A stretch of 64,000 nucleotides of DNA. Source: an uncultured delta proteobacterium (lineage in GTDB: Bacteria; Desulfobacterota; Binatia; DP-6). The position numbers and the translations under genes were made by a program. The stretch lies in contig CAWFFN010000009.1 of NCBI GenBank assembly GCA_963815115.1, positions 1,568,001-1,632,000 of the forward strand. The letters are read 5' to 3'. The notes beneath the pieces were generated by a model. The model was not told the DNA's origin and ran no database searches. It saw only the letters and a program-made list of their open reading frames with translations. Below, piece after piece: positions 39,291 through 48,983 of the stretch (position 1 is the first letter of the stretch; every line of letters starts with the position of its first letter).

Positions 39291-41261
39291 ATGCGCGGCA
39301 CTTGCCGGACCGCCCTCGCAGTCGCCCTCGCCGCCCTCGCCCTCGCGGGCGCGAGCCGGCCGGCTTTCGCCACCCACTTCCGCTACAGCCACCTCAGCTG
39401 GTCCGTGGTCAGCGGCAGGACGGTCGAGTTCACCCTGCAGAGCAGCTGGCGGCGCAACGACACGCCGAGCTTCAATCCGTGCGTGAACCCGACCACCAAC
39501 GTCGTCGTTCCGTGCACCGGTGGCGACGGGCTGCCCGCACCGGGCGACATCATCCGTGAGGACATCGGCGACACGCGACTCGATTTCGGCGACGGCAGCC
39601 CCACCGTCGGCTCGGGGACCAGCGGCGGCCTGTTCTATCTCGTCACCTCGGTCGACCCGGCGAACAACTGGCTCTTCGGCCTGGCGCTCGACACGGCCGC
39701 GCTGCCGGTCATCGACACCACGATCCGGCACACCTACGCGGCGGCCGGCACCTACACGGCGTTCATCGCGTCGTGCTGCCGGATCCAGGCCAACGCACCG
39801 CCGAACGCCCACATCAACAATCCCGAGTTCGACTACCAGGTGCAGGCCGTGGTGGAGCTGGGCCAGGACAACGCCTCGGCGACGACGGCGCTGCCGCCGA
39901 TCGTCACCTGCGAGCAGAACAGCGTATGCTCGTTCCTGGTGCCGGCCACCGATCCCGACGGCGACACGCTCACCTTCCGCCTCGCGACGCCGTCCGAGGC
40001 CGACGGCGGGGCCTTCAAGCAGCCCGGCCCCCCGCAGGCGACGAACGGCGCCAGCATCAACCCGACGACGGGGATCTACACCTGGGACACCACCGGCGCC
40101 ACGCTCGGACCGGTGGGGCTGAACACGCTCTACTCGACCCAGGTGGTGATCGAGGAGCGCGACGCGATGAACAACGTCAAGGGCCGCGTCGCCGTCGACT
40201 TCTTCATCCAGCTCGTGCCGCACGTGAACCAGCCGCCCGTGTTCAGCAGCCCGGCCTGCAACTCCACCCTGACCCCGTCCACGGGCGTGCCCTTCTCCTT
40301 CAACGTGCAGGCCTCCGATGCCGACTCGGGCGACGTGGTCACCCTGAACGCCGCCGGCCTGCCCGCGGGCGCCAGCATGACCCCGCCGCTACCGACCACG
40401 GGCAATCCCGTGAGCAGCCTCTTCGGCTGGACGCCGCTGATCTCGCAGGCGGGCAACTACATCGTCACCTTCACGGCCACCGACCAGGCGTTGCAGCAGG
40501 CGCTGTGCTCGATCACCCTGGTGGTCAACTCGCAGTGCGGCGACGGCAATCTCGACCCGGGCGAGCAGTGTGACCCGGGCCCCGACGCCGCCAACGACTG
40601 CTGCACGATCGACTGCCAGTTCGAGACCGACGGGACGTCCTGCGGTGGGTCTCCGGTGTGCGGTGGGCCGAGCTCGTGTGCCTCCGGCGTCTGTACGCCC
40701 GGAGCCGGCGGGACCGACAGCGACGGCGACGGCGTGATCGACTGTCAGGACAACTGCCCGACGATCGCCAACCCGGGCCAGTCGGACATCGACGGGGACG
40801 GCATCGGCGACGTCTGTGACGCCGAGGACGCTCCGCTCACGGTGAACCGGCTCAAGATGAAGGGTAACGCGGCCAAGGGCTCCACGGTCGGCAAGGGCAG
40901 CTTCGTGTCGCTCCTGCCTGCCGATGCGCTCACCTCGGCGCAGGGCATCACCTTCCGCGTGCGCGACCGCCTCGAGTCGGACGTGCAGCACTCCTGGGCG
41001 AGCGCCGAGTGCGCCGTCACGCCGTCGAGCGGCCGCATCAAGTGCCTGAGCGCCGACAAGCGCTTCCGCGCGGACCTGAAGCCGGTGCCGAAGACGCCCA
41101 ACGCCGTGCGCTGGGCGTTCAAGATGAAGAAGCTCTCGCTGGTCGCGCCCTTCAAGTCGCCGATCAGCGTGACGTTGACCTACGGTGCGGGAATCGACCG
41201 CGTCGGGGTCATCCACGACTGCGCGGCGAAGAACGCGTCGATCGTCTGCCGCGAGTTCTGA
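39291..41261 (+). CDS. Large secreted adhesin-like protein (Ig/cadherin-like repeats, Cys-rich repeat, TSP3) with C-terminal CREF domain (3)
   Basis: RBS AAGGAG; signal ending PAFA; THFRY..LSW N-domain; ATDPDGDTLTF and ASDADSGDVVTL repeats; CGDGNLDPGEQCD; TSP3; CTD ending DCAAKNASIVCREF. Confidence 0.85.
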   Translation: MRGTCRTALAVALAALALAGASRPAFATHFRYSHLSWSVVSGRTVEFTLQSSWRRNDTPSFNPCVNPTTNVVVPCTGGDGLPAPGDIIREDIGDTRLDFGDGSPTVGSGTSGGLFYLVTSVDPANNWLFGLALDTAALPVIDTTIRHTYAAAGTYTAFIASCCRIQANAPPNAHINNPEFDYQVQAVVELGQDNASATTALPPIVTCEQNSVCSFLVPATDPDGDTLTFRLATPSEADGGAFKQPGPPQATNGASINPTTGIYTWDTTGATLGPVGLNTLYSTQVVIEERDAMNNVKGRVAVDFFIQLVPHVNQPPVFSSPACNSTLTPSTGVPFSFNVQASDADSGDVVTLNAAGLPAGASMTPPLPTTGNPVSSLFGWTPLISQAGNYIVTFTATDQALQQALCSITLVVNSQCGDGNLDPGEQCDPGPDAANDCCTIDCQFETDGTSCGGSPVCGGPSSCASGVCTPGAGGTDSDGDGVIDCQDNCPTIANPGQSDIDGDGIGDVCDAEDAPLTVNRLKMKGNAAKGSTVGKGSFVSLLPADALTSAQGITFRVRDRLESDVQHSWASAECAVTPSSGRIKCLSADKRFRADLKPVPKTPNAVRWAFKMKKLSLVAPFKSPISVTLTYGAGIDRVGVIHDCAAKNASIVCREF

Positions 41262-41319
41262 GGGGGACAACCGTCGGCCCGGCGTCCTTCGTGGCGCCGG
41301 GTCGCACGGGCCGATCGGC

Positions 41320-41511
41320 TCAGGAGCCGAGAGCGGGTTGGGGGACCGCCGCGCGCAGCATCACGGCGTTGAAGAGAGCCACCCAGGCGCCGTGGTCGAT
41401 GTAGCCTTCCAGGTGGTCCTCGCTCCAGCCGAAGGCGAGCTGGGGATCCTCCCAGACCTCGACCAGCTGTCCCTGGAGGAGGAGCCGGCGTCGCGGTGTG
41501 CTCGGGGTCAT
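41320..41511 (-). CDS. Small hypothetical protein (63 aa)
   Basis: GAGG RBS just after the upstream stop; MTPSTPRRRLLLQGQLVEVWEDPQLAFGWSEDHLEGYIDHGAWVALFNAV. Confidence 0.55.
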   Translation of the reverse strand: MTPSTPRRRLLLQGQLVEVWEDPQLAFGWSEDHLEGYIDHGAWVALFNAVMLRAAVPQPALGS

Positions 41512-41521
41512 CGGCGCGTCC

Positions 41522-41707
41522 TCAGGCGGCCGCGACGCGCGAGGGGCGAACGTCGCCCATCTCGAACTTGGCGCCACGGAAGTTGCCGCACAGCCTGACG
41601 GTTCCGGAGTTGACGAGGTGGACCACCGTCGCGACGACCTCCGAGTCGGTGCGGGCGTATGCGGAGACGGCGGTCACGAGATCGAGCAGCGTGCATTCGG
41701 CTGGCAT
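41522..41707 (-). CDS. Small hypothetical protein (61 aa)
   Basis: AGAGGA RBS; MPAECTLLDLVTAVSAYARTDSEVVATVVHLVNSGTVRLCGNFRG has protein-like composition. Confidence 0.6.
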   Translation of the reverse strand: MPAECTLLDLVTAVSAYARTDSEVVATVVHLVNSGTVRLCGNFRGAKFEMGDVRPSRVAAA

Positions 41708-41900
41708 CGTCGGTTCCTCTCTTGGGGGGCGACCCGTCGCCTCCTCTGACAGCACTACGCCCATCACCCGGTCCCGGATGTTCAGACGAGGAAAAGCCGC
41801 GAAATCGTGCACGGACGGTACCATTGGGCAGGGTCGCCGCCCGCAAGACGGGCGCGAGCCTCCGGCCCCGGCACGTGGTACGACCAGCCCGGGTGTCCCG

Positions 41901-42755
41901 GTGAAACGCCTCATCGTCACGGCCGACGACTTCGGCCTGTGCGAGCCGGTCAACGAGGCCGTCGAGATCGCGCACCGCGAGGGCATCCTCTCGACGGCCA
42001 GCCTGATGGTCGGCGGCGGTGCGGCGGACGATGCCGTGGCCCGCGCGCGCCGGCTCCCGCGGCTGCGGGTGGGCCTGCACGTCGTCGTCGTCGAGGACCT
42101 GCCGGTGCTGCCCCGCGCCCAGGTCGCGAGCCTGACGGACGATCACGGATATCTCTCCGGCCGCCTGGTCAGCTCCGGCGTGCGATTCTTCTTCAGCCCC
42201 GCGGCCCGGCGGCAGCTCGAGGCGGAGATCCGGGCGCAGTTCCAGCGTTTCGCGGCCACGGGTCTGGAGCTCGACCACGTCAACGCCCACAACCACATGC
42301 ACCTGCACCCGACGGTCCTCGGCATGATCCTGCGGGTGGGACGGGAGTTCGGGCTGCGCGCCATGCGCGTGCCGTGGGAGCCGCCGTTGATCTCGTGGCG
42401 CATCACCGGACGGGGGCTGGCGCCGAAGATGGCCGCCGCGGCCGGACTCGCGCCGTGGATGGCCGCGTTGCGCGCCCGGCTACGGCGCCGCGACATCCGG
42501 ACCAACGACCTGGTGCTCGGACTCGGGGCCACCGGCGCGATGGACGAGAGCACGGTGCTGCGGCTCCTCGAGATGCTTCCGGCCCGCCGCGTGGCCGAGA
42601 TGTACTTCCATCCGGCGACGCGCCGGTCGCCGGAGATCGACCGCACGATGCCGACGTACCGCCACCAGGACGAGCTGGCGGCGCTCACCAGCCGTCGGGT
42701 CCGCCAGGCGCTGGAGCGCCTCGCGATCCGCCCCGTGACCTTCAGGGAGCTCTGA
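41901..42755 (+). CDS. hpnK: Hopanoid biosynthesis-associated YdjC-family deacetylase
   Basis: KRLIVTADDFG, GILSTASLMV, VGLH, LDHVNAHNHMHLHPTV, EMYFHP, ELAALTS. Confidence 0.85.
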   Translation: MKRLIVTADDFGLCEPVNEAVEIAHREGILSTASLMVGGGAADDAVARARRLPRLRVGLHVVVVEDLPVLPRAQVASLTDDHGYLSGRLVSSGVRFFFSPAARRQLEAEIRAQFQRFAATGLELDHVNAHNHMHLHPTVLGMILRVGREFGLRAMRVPWEPPLISWRITGRGLAPKMAAAAGLAPWMAALRARLRRRDIRTNDLVLGLGATGAMDESTVLRLLEMLPARRVAEMYFHPATRRSPEIDRTMPTYRHQDELAALTSRRVRQALERLAIRPVTFREL

Positions 42756-42794
42756 GCCCGCCCCGCGACGCTCCCGGCGCGGTGGACGACACGC

Positions 42795-43520
42795 TCAGCG
42801 GTCGAGAAACTCGACCTTGCCCGTGCTCACGTCGTACATGCAGCCGGCGATGACGATGTCGCCCGACTGCTCCAGTCCTTTCAGGATCGGGCTCTTCTCG
42901 CGCAGCTCGCGCATCGTCTGGCGCACGTTCTCCCGGGCCGCGGCGTCCACGAACGCCTCGTTCTTGCAGTCGGGTCCTCCCGGGACGTCCTTCACTGCCG
43001 CGACAGCGGGCTCGATCTTGTTCAGCAGGCCGGTGATGTTGCCGAGCTTGACGTGCTCGCAGGCGCTCTTCACTGCACCGCACCGCGTGTGGCCCATCAC
43101 CAGGACGAGCTTGGCGCCGACGACCTTGGTGGCGTACTCGAGGCTTCCCAGCACGTCGGGGTTCACGACGTTGCCCGCCACGCGCGCGACGAACATGTCA
43201 CCGATGCCGGCGTCGAGGACGGTCTCGACGGGGACGCGGGAATCGATGCATCCCAGGACGACGGCGACGGGATGCTGCGCCGCCGCCGTGGCGCGGATGT
43301 CCTGCGCCGGGTCGCGCCGGCGCGGCTCGCCGCGCAGGAAGCGCTCGTTCCCCTCCTTGGCCTGGCGAAGGACGTCGGCAGGGGTCGGGGCCTGCTGGGT
43401 CTCACGGGTCACGGTGGGGGCCTCTGGTTTCCCTTGCGCTCGGGTGACGGCGGTGGAGAGCAGCGCCGCCGACAGCACGACGACGCGCCCCCGGTGCGCT
43501 CCGACGATGCGTTTCATCAT
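42795..43520 (-). CDS. Beta-class carbonic anhydrase, probably exported
   Basis: GNERF, CIDSRV, RVAGN, GSLEYA, GHTRCGA, YDVSTGKV; N-terminal signal-like segment. Confidence 0.92.
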   Translation of the reverse strand: MMKRIVGAHRGRVVVLSAALLSTAVTRAQGKPEAPTVTRETQQAPTPADVLRQAKEGNERFLRGEPRRRDPAQDIRATAAAQHPVAVVLGCIDSRVPVETVLDAGIGDMFVARVAGNVVNPDVLGSLEYATKVVGAKLVLVMGHTRCGAVKSACEHVKLGNITGLLNKIEPAVAAVKDVPGGPDCKNEAFVDAAARENVRQTMRELREKSPILKGLEQSGDIVIAGCMYDVSTGKVEFLDR

Positions 43521-43641
43521 GATTGGCGGGCGACCCTAGCACAAGCTCGATCATCGTCGTTAGCCCCAGCTCGAGAGCGCTGCCGGCCGCCGATCGAGTC
43601 GTGCCCCCCTGGCGGGGGTGTGGTAGGCATGTCGAAGGGCG

Positions 43642-44175
43642 ATGTGGCCGAGCCCGGGAAAACGCAATCGCGCGCCGTTGCTCGCGGCGCTCGCGCTGGC
43701 CGTGCCGGCGTCGATCTGCTCGGCCACGTGCCCTGCAAGCGACCTCGGAAGCTGCACGGCGCGGTGCGATGCCGGCGACGCCGCGAGCTGCGCGAGTCTC
43801 GGTGTCATCTACATGAAGGGCGGCCAGGGCGTCGGGCGGAACGATCGCCGGGCCGTGGAGCTCTTCCGCAAGGCCTGTGATGGTGGCAGCGGACAGGGAT
43901 GCACCAACCTGCGCGCGATGTACGCCCAGGGACGCGGCGTTGGCAGGCAGTACGACGACCAGGACGCCGAGCGCTACCACCAGCAGTGCGCTGCGGGAAA
44001 GGCCGCCGCGTGCGACGACCTCGGTCGCCTGGCCGAGGAAGGACGCGGCGTGGCGCGCGATCGGCGACAGGCCATCGAGCTGTACCGCAAAGCGTGCCAG
44101 GCCGGGAACGCCAGCGGCTGTCGCCACGCCTGCGCCGCGGGCGACGAGGCGAGCTGCAAGGGGCCGGCGCGCTAG
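43642..44175 (+). CDS. Secreted Sel1-like (Cys-rich) repeat protein
   Basis: Repeats SCASLGVIYMKG..GVGRNDRRAVELFRKACDGG and ACDDLGRLAEEGRGVARDRRQAIELYRKACQAG. Confidence 0.8.
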   Translation: MWPSPGKRNRAPLLAALALAVPASICSATCPASDLGSCTARCDAGDAASCASLGVIYMKGGQGVGRNDRRAVELFRKACDGGSGQGCTNLRAMYAQGRGVGRQYDDQDAERYHQQCAAGKAAACDDLGRLAEEGRGVARDRRQAIELYRKACQAGNASGCRHACAAGDEASCKGPAR

Positions 44176-44254
44176 CGTGTCGCGCGCGCCGTCGCCGCGG
44201 CGCCGAGCGAGCCGGCAATTTGAACGACGCGCTGCCAGCGTGGTAGCCGGAGCC

Positions 44255-45436
44255 GTGTCCGACATCCTCGACCGCGACCTCTTCCGGCGCATCCAGGATC
44301 GGGTGGCCGTGGTCGGCATCGGTCATCTGCCGTTCGCCAAGGACATCGGGCGTCCGATCGGCGACACCGCCGTCGAGGCGATCCAGCTGGCGCTCGCCGA
44401 CGCCGGACTCGAGGCCGAGGACCTCGACGGCATGTCGATGCTCGAGATGGAGGACACCCACGAGGTCTCCATCGCCCGCCGGCTCGGCGTGCGGCAGCTC
44501 ACCTGGTGGGACAAGATCTCGTACGGCGGCGGGGCGTCGAGCGCGACGATCATGCACGCGGCCGCCGCGGTCGCCAGCGGGCTGGCCACGGTGGTGAGCT
44601 GTCATCGCGCGCGCAACCGCGGCTCGAGGAGCTCGCGCCCGTGGTCGCAGGAGCGGGTGCTGGTGCGCGACGACAAGGCGCTGCATACCCCATGGGGGCT
44701 CATCCGTCCCGTCGACGTGATCGGCATGTGGGCACACCGCCACATGCACGAGTACGGCACGACGCGCGAGCACCTCGGCAACGTCGCGATCGCCGCCCGC
44801 CGTCACGCGCAGCGCAATCCCTTCGCGCTGATGCACGATCGTCCGCTCGACATGGAGACGTACCTCGGCGGACGCGTCATCGGCTATCCGCTGACGCTCT
44901 ACGACTGCTGCCTGGAGAGCGACGGCGCGCTCGCCTGCATCGTCACCACGGTGGAGCGCGCGCGCGACCTGCGCCAGAAACCGGTCCTGGTCCATTCCGT
45001 GGCCCAGGCGTCGGGGCCGAATCCGGTCCACCTCGCCAACTACAACAACTCGCCGACTTTTGAGACCACGTCGCGCTGGTGTGCGGAGCTGCTCTGGGCG
45101 CGCTCGGAGCTCAAGCCGCGCGACATGGGCTGCGCCCAGATCTACGACGCCTTCACGCCGCTCGTGGTGATGGGTCTGGAGGACTACGGCTTCTGCGCGC
45201 GCGGGGAGGGCGGGCCGTTCACCGAGGGCGGCCGGATCGAGATCGGAGGCGCGTTGCCCGTGCTCACCTCGGGCGGCGGCCTGTCCGAGGCCTACGTGCA
45301 CGGCTTCAACCTGCTGCTGGAAGGGGTCCGCCAGATCCGCGGGACGTCGGTCAACCAGGTTCCCGGATGCGCAGCGACCCTGGTGACCGGCGCCTCGGGC
45401 GTGGCAACCAGCGCCGTGGTGCTGCGGGCAGGGTGA
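44255..45436 (+). CDS. Ltp2-like thiolase-fold protein (SCP2-thiolase/aldolase type)
   Basis: VAVVGIG, AQRNPFA, LYDCCLESDGA, AQIYDAFT, TSGGGLSEAYVHG, RQIRGTSVNQV; no nucleophilic Cys at the GGGASSA position. Confidence 0.85.
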   Translation: MSDILDRDLFRRIQDRVAVVGIGHLPFAKDIGRPIGDTAVEAIQLALADAGLEAEDLDGMSMLEMEDTHEVSIARRLGVRQLTWWDKISYGGGASSATIMHAAAAVASGLATVVSCHRARNRGSRSSRPWSQERVLVRDDKALHTPWGLIRPVDVIGMWAHRHMHEYGTTREHLGNVAIAARRHAQRNPFALMHDRPLDMETYLGGRVIGYPLTLYDCCLESDGALACIVTTVERARDLRQKPVLVHSVAQASGPNPVHLANYNNSPTFETTSRWCAELLWARSELKPRDMGCAQIYDAFTPLVVMGLEDYGFCARGEGGPFTEGGRIEIGGALPVLTSGGGLSEAYVHGFNLLLEGVRQIRGTSVNQVPGCAATLVTGASGVATSAVVLRAG

Positions 45437-45440
45437 GGGC

Positions 45441-45878
45441 ATGGCCGAGTTCGTGCAGGACGAGCAGCCCCTCCACCCGGACTATCCGCTGCCCGACGTC
45501 GACGATCCGGTGATGCGGCCGTTCTGGGAAGGCGCGCGCGCCGGCAGGCTGATGCAGCAGCGCGACCGCGAGACCGGCGCGCTGCACTGGCCGCCGAAGC
45601 CGCTCTACTGGAAGGGCGGCGGCCGGCTCGAGTGGTTCGAGGCGAGTGGCAGGGGCCGCATCCACACCTGGGTGGTGGCGCACGAGCCCTTCCTCCCGGC
45701 CCTGCGCCATCTCCTGCCGCACGTCATGGTCGTGGTGACGCTCGCGGAAGGGCCACGCATCGTGGGCCACATGGTGCGCTGCCCCCCCGAGGCGATGCGC
45801 TTCGAGATGCCGGTGCGCGTCGTCTTCAAGCGACTCAGCGACCGGGTGACGCTGCCGGTCTGGGAACCCGATCGCTGA
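45441..45878 (+). CDS. DUF35 OB-fold protein
   Basis: PFWEGARAGRL, SGRGRIHTW, VTLAEGPR, MPVRVVF, LPVW; usual partner of Ltp2-like proteins. Confidence 0.85.
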   Translation: MAEFVQDEQPLHPDYPLPDVDDPVMRPFWEGARAGRLMQQRDRETGALHWPPKPLYWKGGGRLEWFEASGRGRIHTWVVAHEPFLPALRHLLPHVMVVVTLAEGPRIVGHMVRCPPEAMRFEMPVRVVFKRLSDRVTLPVWEPDR

Positions 45879-45880
45879 GG

Positions 45881-46447
45881 GTGCCGGACTTCCTCGTCCA
45901 CTTCGGGCCGATCGCGGTCTTCGTCGCCACGGCCGTCGAGGGCGATCTCGGGCTGATCGTCGGCGGCGTCGCCGCCCATCTCGGGCTCATGCATCCGCTC
46001 GTCGTCGGGATCACGGGCGCGCTCGGAGGCTTCTGCGGCGACGCGGTCTGGTTCGCCATCGGACGGCGCAGCGCCGACGCCATCCGCCGCAGTGCGGCGT
46101 GGCACCGCGTCGGTCCCACGGTCGAGCGCCTGGCGGCACGCTTCGGACCGCGTCAGATCCTGCTGGCGCGCCCGGTCTGGGGCACGCGGGTCGCCACCAT
46201 GCTGTTCTGGGGCACGCAGCGACTGGCGCCGGCCCGCTTCGCCGCGCTCGATCTTCCGGCGTGCACGCTGTGGGCGGTTCTCCTGGTGTCGCTCGGCTAC
46301 TACTCGAGCGTCAGCATCGAGGCACTGCTGGGGAAGGTCCGACGCGCGGAGGAGTGGCTGACCGTCGCGGTCCTGGTCGCGGTCGTCGCGGGAGTGTGCG
46401 GGCACCTTCTGCTGCGTGCTCGAGCGACCTCGCGGATCGAGAGATGA
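45881..46447 (+). CDS. DedA-family membrane protein
   Basis: FVATAVEGD, GDAVWFAIGR, LLARPVWGTR, FAALDL..CTLWA. Confidence 0.82.
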   Translation: MPDFLVHFGPIAVFVATAVEGDLGLIVGGVAAHLGLMHPLVVGITGALGGFCGDAVWFAIGRRSADAIRRSAAWHRVGPTVERLAARFGPRQILLARPVWGTRVATMLFWGTQRLAPARFAALDLPACTLWAVLLVSLGYYSSVSIEALLGKVRRAEEWLTVAVLVAVVAGVCGHLLLRARATSRIER

Positions 46448-46489
46448 GTCGCTGGTACGGCGCATCGCGCTCGTGCTAGCCCTCGCCGC

Positions 46490-47395
46490 ATGCGCGAGAT
46501 CGCCTCCGGCCTCCAGTTCCCCGAAGGTCCCATCGCCCTGCCCGACGGCAGCGTGCTCGTCGTCGAGATCATGCGCGGCACCCTGTCGCGGGTCGCCCCG
46601 GATGGCGGGATCACGGTGGTGGCGGAGACCGGCGGCGGACCCAACGGCGCCGCCTTCGGTCCGGACGACAAGGTCTACGTCTGCAACAACGGGGGCTTCG
46701 AGTGGCACCAGGTGGCCGGCTTCACCGTGCCTGGCGACCAGCCCGCCAACTACTGCGGCGGCAGCATCCAGCGCGTCGACCTCGCCAGCGGCCGGGTGGA
46801 GACGGTCTACACCGAATGCAACGGTCACCCGCTGCGCGGCCCGAACGATCTGGTTTTCGATGCGCACGGCGGCTTCTGGTTCACGGATCACGGCAAGATC
46901 CGGGCCCGCGAGCGTGACCGGGGCGGCCTCTACTACGCGCGACCCGATGGGTCGCTCATCCGCGAGGTGGTCTACCCGCTGGACTCGCCGAACGGGGTCG
47001 GGCTGTCGCCCGACGGAAAGCGCCTGTACGTCGCGGAGACCTTCACCGGGCGCGTGTGGCAGTGGGACGTCGTCGCGCCGGGTGAGGTCGGGTCGGGAAT
47101 GCCGCTCGCGCCCGGTGGCGGCACGCTCCTCGCGGGGCTCTCCGGATTCCAGCTACTCGACTCGCTGGCGGTCGACGGTCACGGCAACGTCTGCGTGGCG
47201 ACGCTGGTCAACGGCGGCATCACGGTGCTGTCGACCTTCGGCGAGGTGCTGGAGCACGTCGCGACCGGAGACCCGCTGACCACGAACATCTGCTTCGGTG
47301 GCCGCGACCTCCGCATGGCGTACGTGACCTGTTCCGGCACCGGACGTCTGGTTGCGTTCGAGTGGCCGCGCTCGGGTCTGCGGCTGAACTACTAG
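46490..47395 (+). CDS. SMP-30/gluconolactonase family protein
   Basis: GLQFPEGP, GGPNG, PNDLVFD, PNGVGLSPDG, DSLAVD, TTNICFGG. Confidence 0.9.
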   Translation: MREIASGLQFPEGPIALPDGSVLVVEIMRGTLSRVAPDGGITVVAETGGGPNGAAFGPDDKVYVCNNGGFEWHQVAGFTVPGDQPANYCGGSIQRVDLASGRVETVYTECNGHPLRGPNDLVFDAHGGFWFTDHGKIRARERDRGGLYYARPDGSLIREVVYPLDSPNGVGLSPDGKRLYVAETFTGRVWQWDVVAPGEVGSGMPLAPGGGTLLAGLSGFQLLDSLAVDGHGNVCVATLVNGGITVLSTFGEVLEHVATGDPLTTNICFGGRDLRMAYVTCSGTGRLVAFEWPRSGLRLNY

Positions 47396-47488
47396 CCAGC
47401 GGTGCCGGCGTCGCCCGGCACCGCATTGACGCTCTTCCGGCGCCGGTCTACGGTCGAGATGAATCGCACAGCCACGGGGAGGTCCATC

Positions 47489-48982
47489 ATGGGAGTCGCG
47501 GCACACGTCGAGCGGTCGGTCGAGCAATTCGTTGGTGCGCCGCTGCGCAGGATGCTCATCGACGGCAAGTGGGTCGAGGCGGCATCGGGGAAGACCTTCG
47601 AGACGCCGGACCCCGCTACCGGGAAAGTGCTGGCGCGAGTCGCGGAGGGCGACGCCGAGGACGTCGATCGCGCGGCGCGCGCCGCGCGCCGTGCCTTCGA
47701 CGAGGGACCCTGGCCGCGCATGGCGCCCGCCGACCGCGAGCGCCTGCTGCTGAAGGTCGCCGACCTGATCGAGGCGCACGGGCTCGAGCTGGCGCAGCTC
47801 GAGACCCTCGACAACGGCAAGTCACTCGGCGAGAGCCAGAACGTCGACATCCCGTCCGCGGCGGCGACGTTCCGCTACTACGCCGGCTGGGTCAGCAAGA
47901 TCACCGGCGACACGAACCCGACCGATCCCGCCTTCTTCAACTTCACGCTACGCGAGCCGGTGGGCGTGTGCGGTCAGATCATCCCGTGGAACTTCCCGCT
48001 GCTGATGGCCGCGTGGAAGCTCGCTCCCGCCCTGGCCTGCGGCAACACCTGCATCCTCAAGCCCGCCGAGCAGACGCCGCTGACGGCGCTGCGGCTCGGC
48101 GAGCTGCTCCAGGAAGCGGGTATCCCCGACGGCGTCGTCAACATCGTCCCCGGCTTCGGACCCACGGCGGGCGGTGCCATCGTGGGACATCAGCTGATCG
48201 ACAAGGTCGCCTTCACCGGGTCCACCGAGGTCGGCAAGGAGATCCACCGAGAGACGGCCCATACCCTCAAGCGCGTGTCGCTCGAGCTCGGCGGCAAGAG
48301 CCCGAACATCGTCTTCGCGGATGCCGACGTCACCGAGGCGGTGAAGGGCGCGCTGGTCGGCGTGTTCTTCAACCAGGGCGAGGTGTGCTGTGCCGGCACG
48401 CGCCTGTTCGTCGAGGAGAAGCTGCACGACCAGTTCGCGGATGCGGTGGCGAGCGCAGCCGGCACCATGAAGCAGGGCCCGGGGATCGACGCCGACACGC
48501 AGGTGGGGCCGCTGGTGAGCCAGGAGCAGCTCGAGCGCGTCACGGGCTATCTCGAGATCGGCAGGAAGGAAGGCGCGAAGGTCCTGACCGGCGGCGAGCG
48601 CAATACCAGCCCGGGGCTCGAGGGCGGCTACTTCGTCAAGCCCACGGTGCTCACCGGGGTGCGCAACGACATGCGCATCGCGCAGGAGGAGATCTTCGGC
48701 CCGGTCGTGGCGCTCATCCCCTTCAAGGACGAGAACGACGCCGTCCTGCAGGGCAACGACACGCACTACGGCCTCGCCGCCGGCGTGTGGACGCGCGACG
48801 TCTCCAAGGCGCACCGCGTGGCGCGCGCGATGCGCGCCGGTACGGTGTGGGTCAATTGCTACAACGTGTTCGACGTCATGGCGCCGTTCGGCGGCTACAA
48901 GCAGAGCGGCTACGGCCGCGAGCTCGGTCGTCACGCCCTCGATCTCTACACGCAGGTGAAGAGCGTCTGGATGCGGATCTGA
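47489..48982 (+). CDS. Aldehyde dehydrogenase
   Basis: [46 protein letters not shown]. Confidence 0.95.
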   Translation: MGVAAHVERSVEQFVGAPLRRMLIDGKWVEAASGKTFETPDPATGKVLARVAEGDAEDVDRAARAARRAFDEGPWPRMAPADRERLLLKVADLIEAHGLELAQLETLDNGKSLGESQNVDIPSAAATFRYYAGWVSKITGDTNPTDPAFFNFTLREPVGVCGQIIPWNFPLLMAAWKLAPALACGNTCILKPAEQTPLTALRLGELLQEAGIPDGVVNIVPGFGPTAGGAIVGHQLIDKVAFTGSTEVGKEIHRETAHTLKRVSLELGGKSPNIVFADADVTEAVKGALVGVFFNQGEVCCAGTRLFVEEKLHDQFADAVASAAGTMKQGPGIDADTQVGPLVSQEQLERVTGYLEIGRKEGAKVLTGGERNTSPGLEGGYFVKPTVLTGVRNDMRIAQEEIFGPVVALIPFKDENDAVLQGNDTHYGLAAGVWTRDVSKAHRVARAMRAGTVWVNCYNVFDVMAPFGGYKQSGYGRELGRHALDLYTQVKSVWMRI

Positions 48983-48983
48983 C

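Noticed and set aside
38449-41261. Identical 14-nt CTGCCGCGAGTTCT at the end of all three CREF genes as a recombination site
   Set aside because: Explained by the preferred high-GC codons for C-R-E-F plus the first base of the stop; no recombinase nearby.
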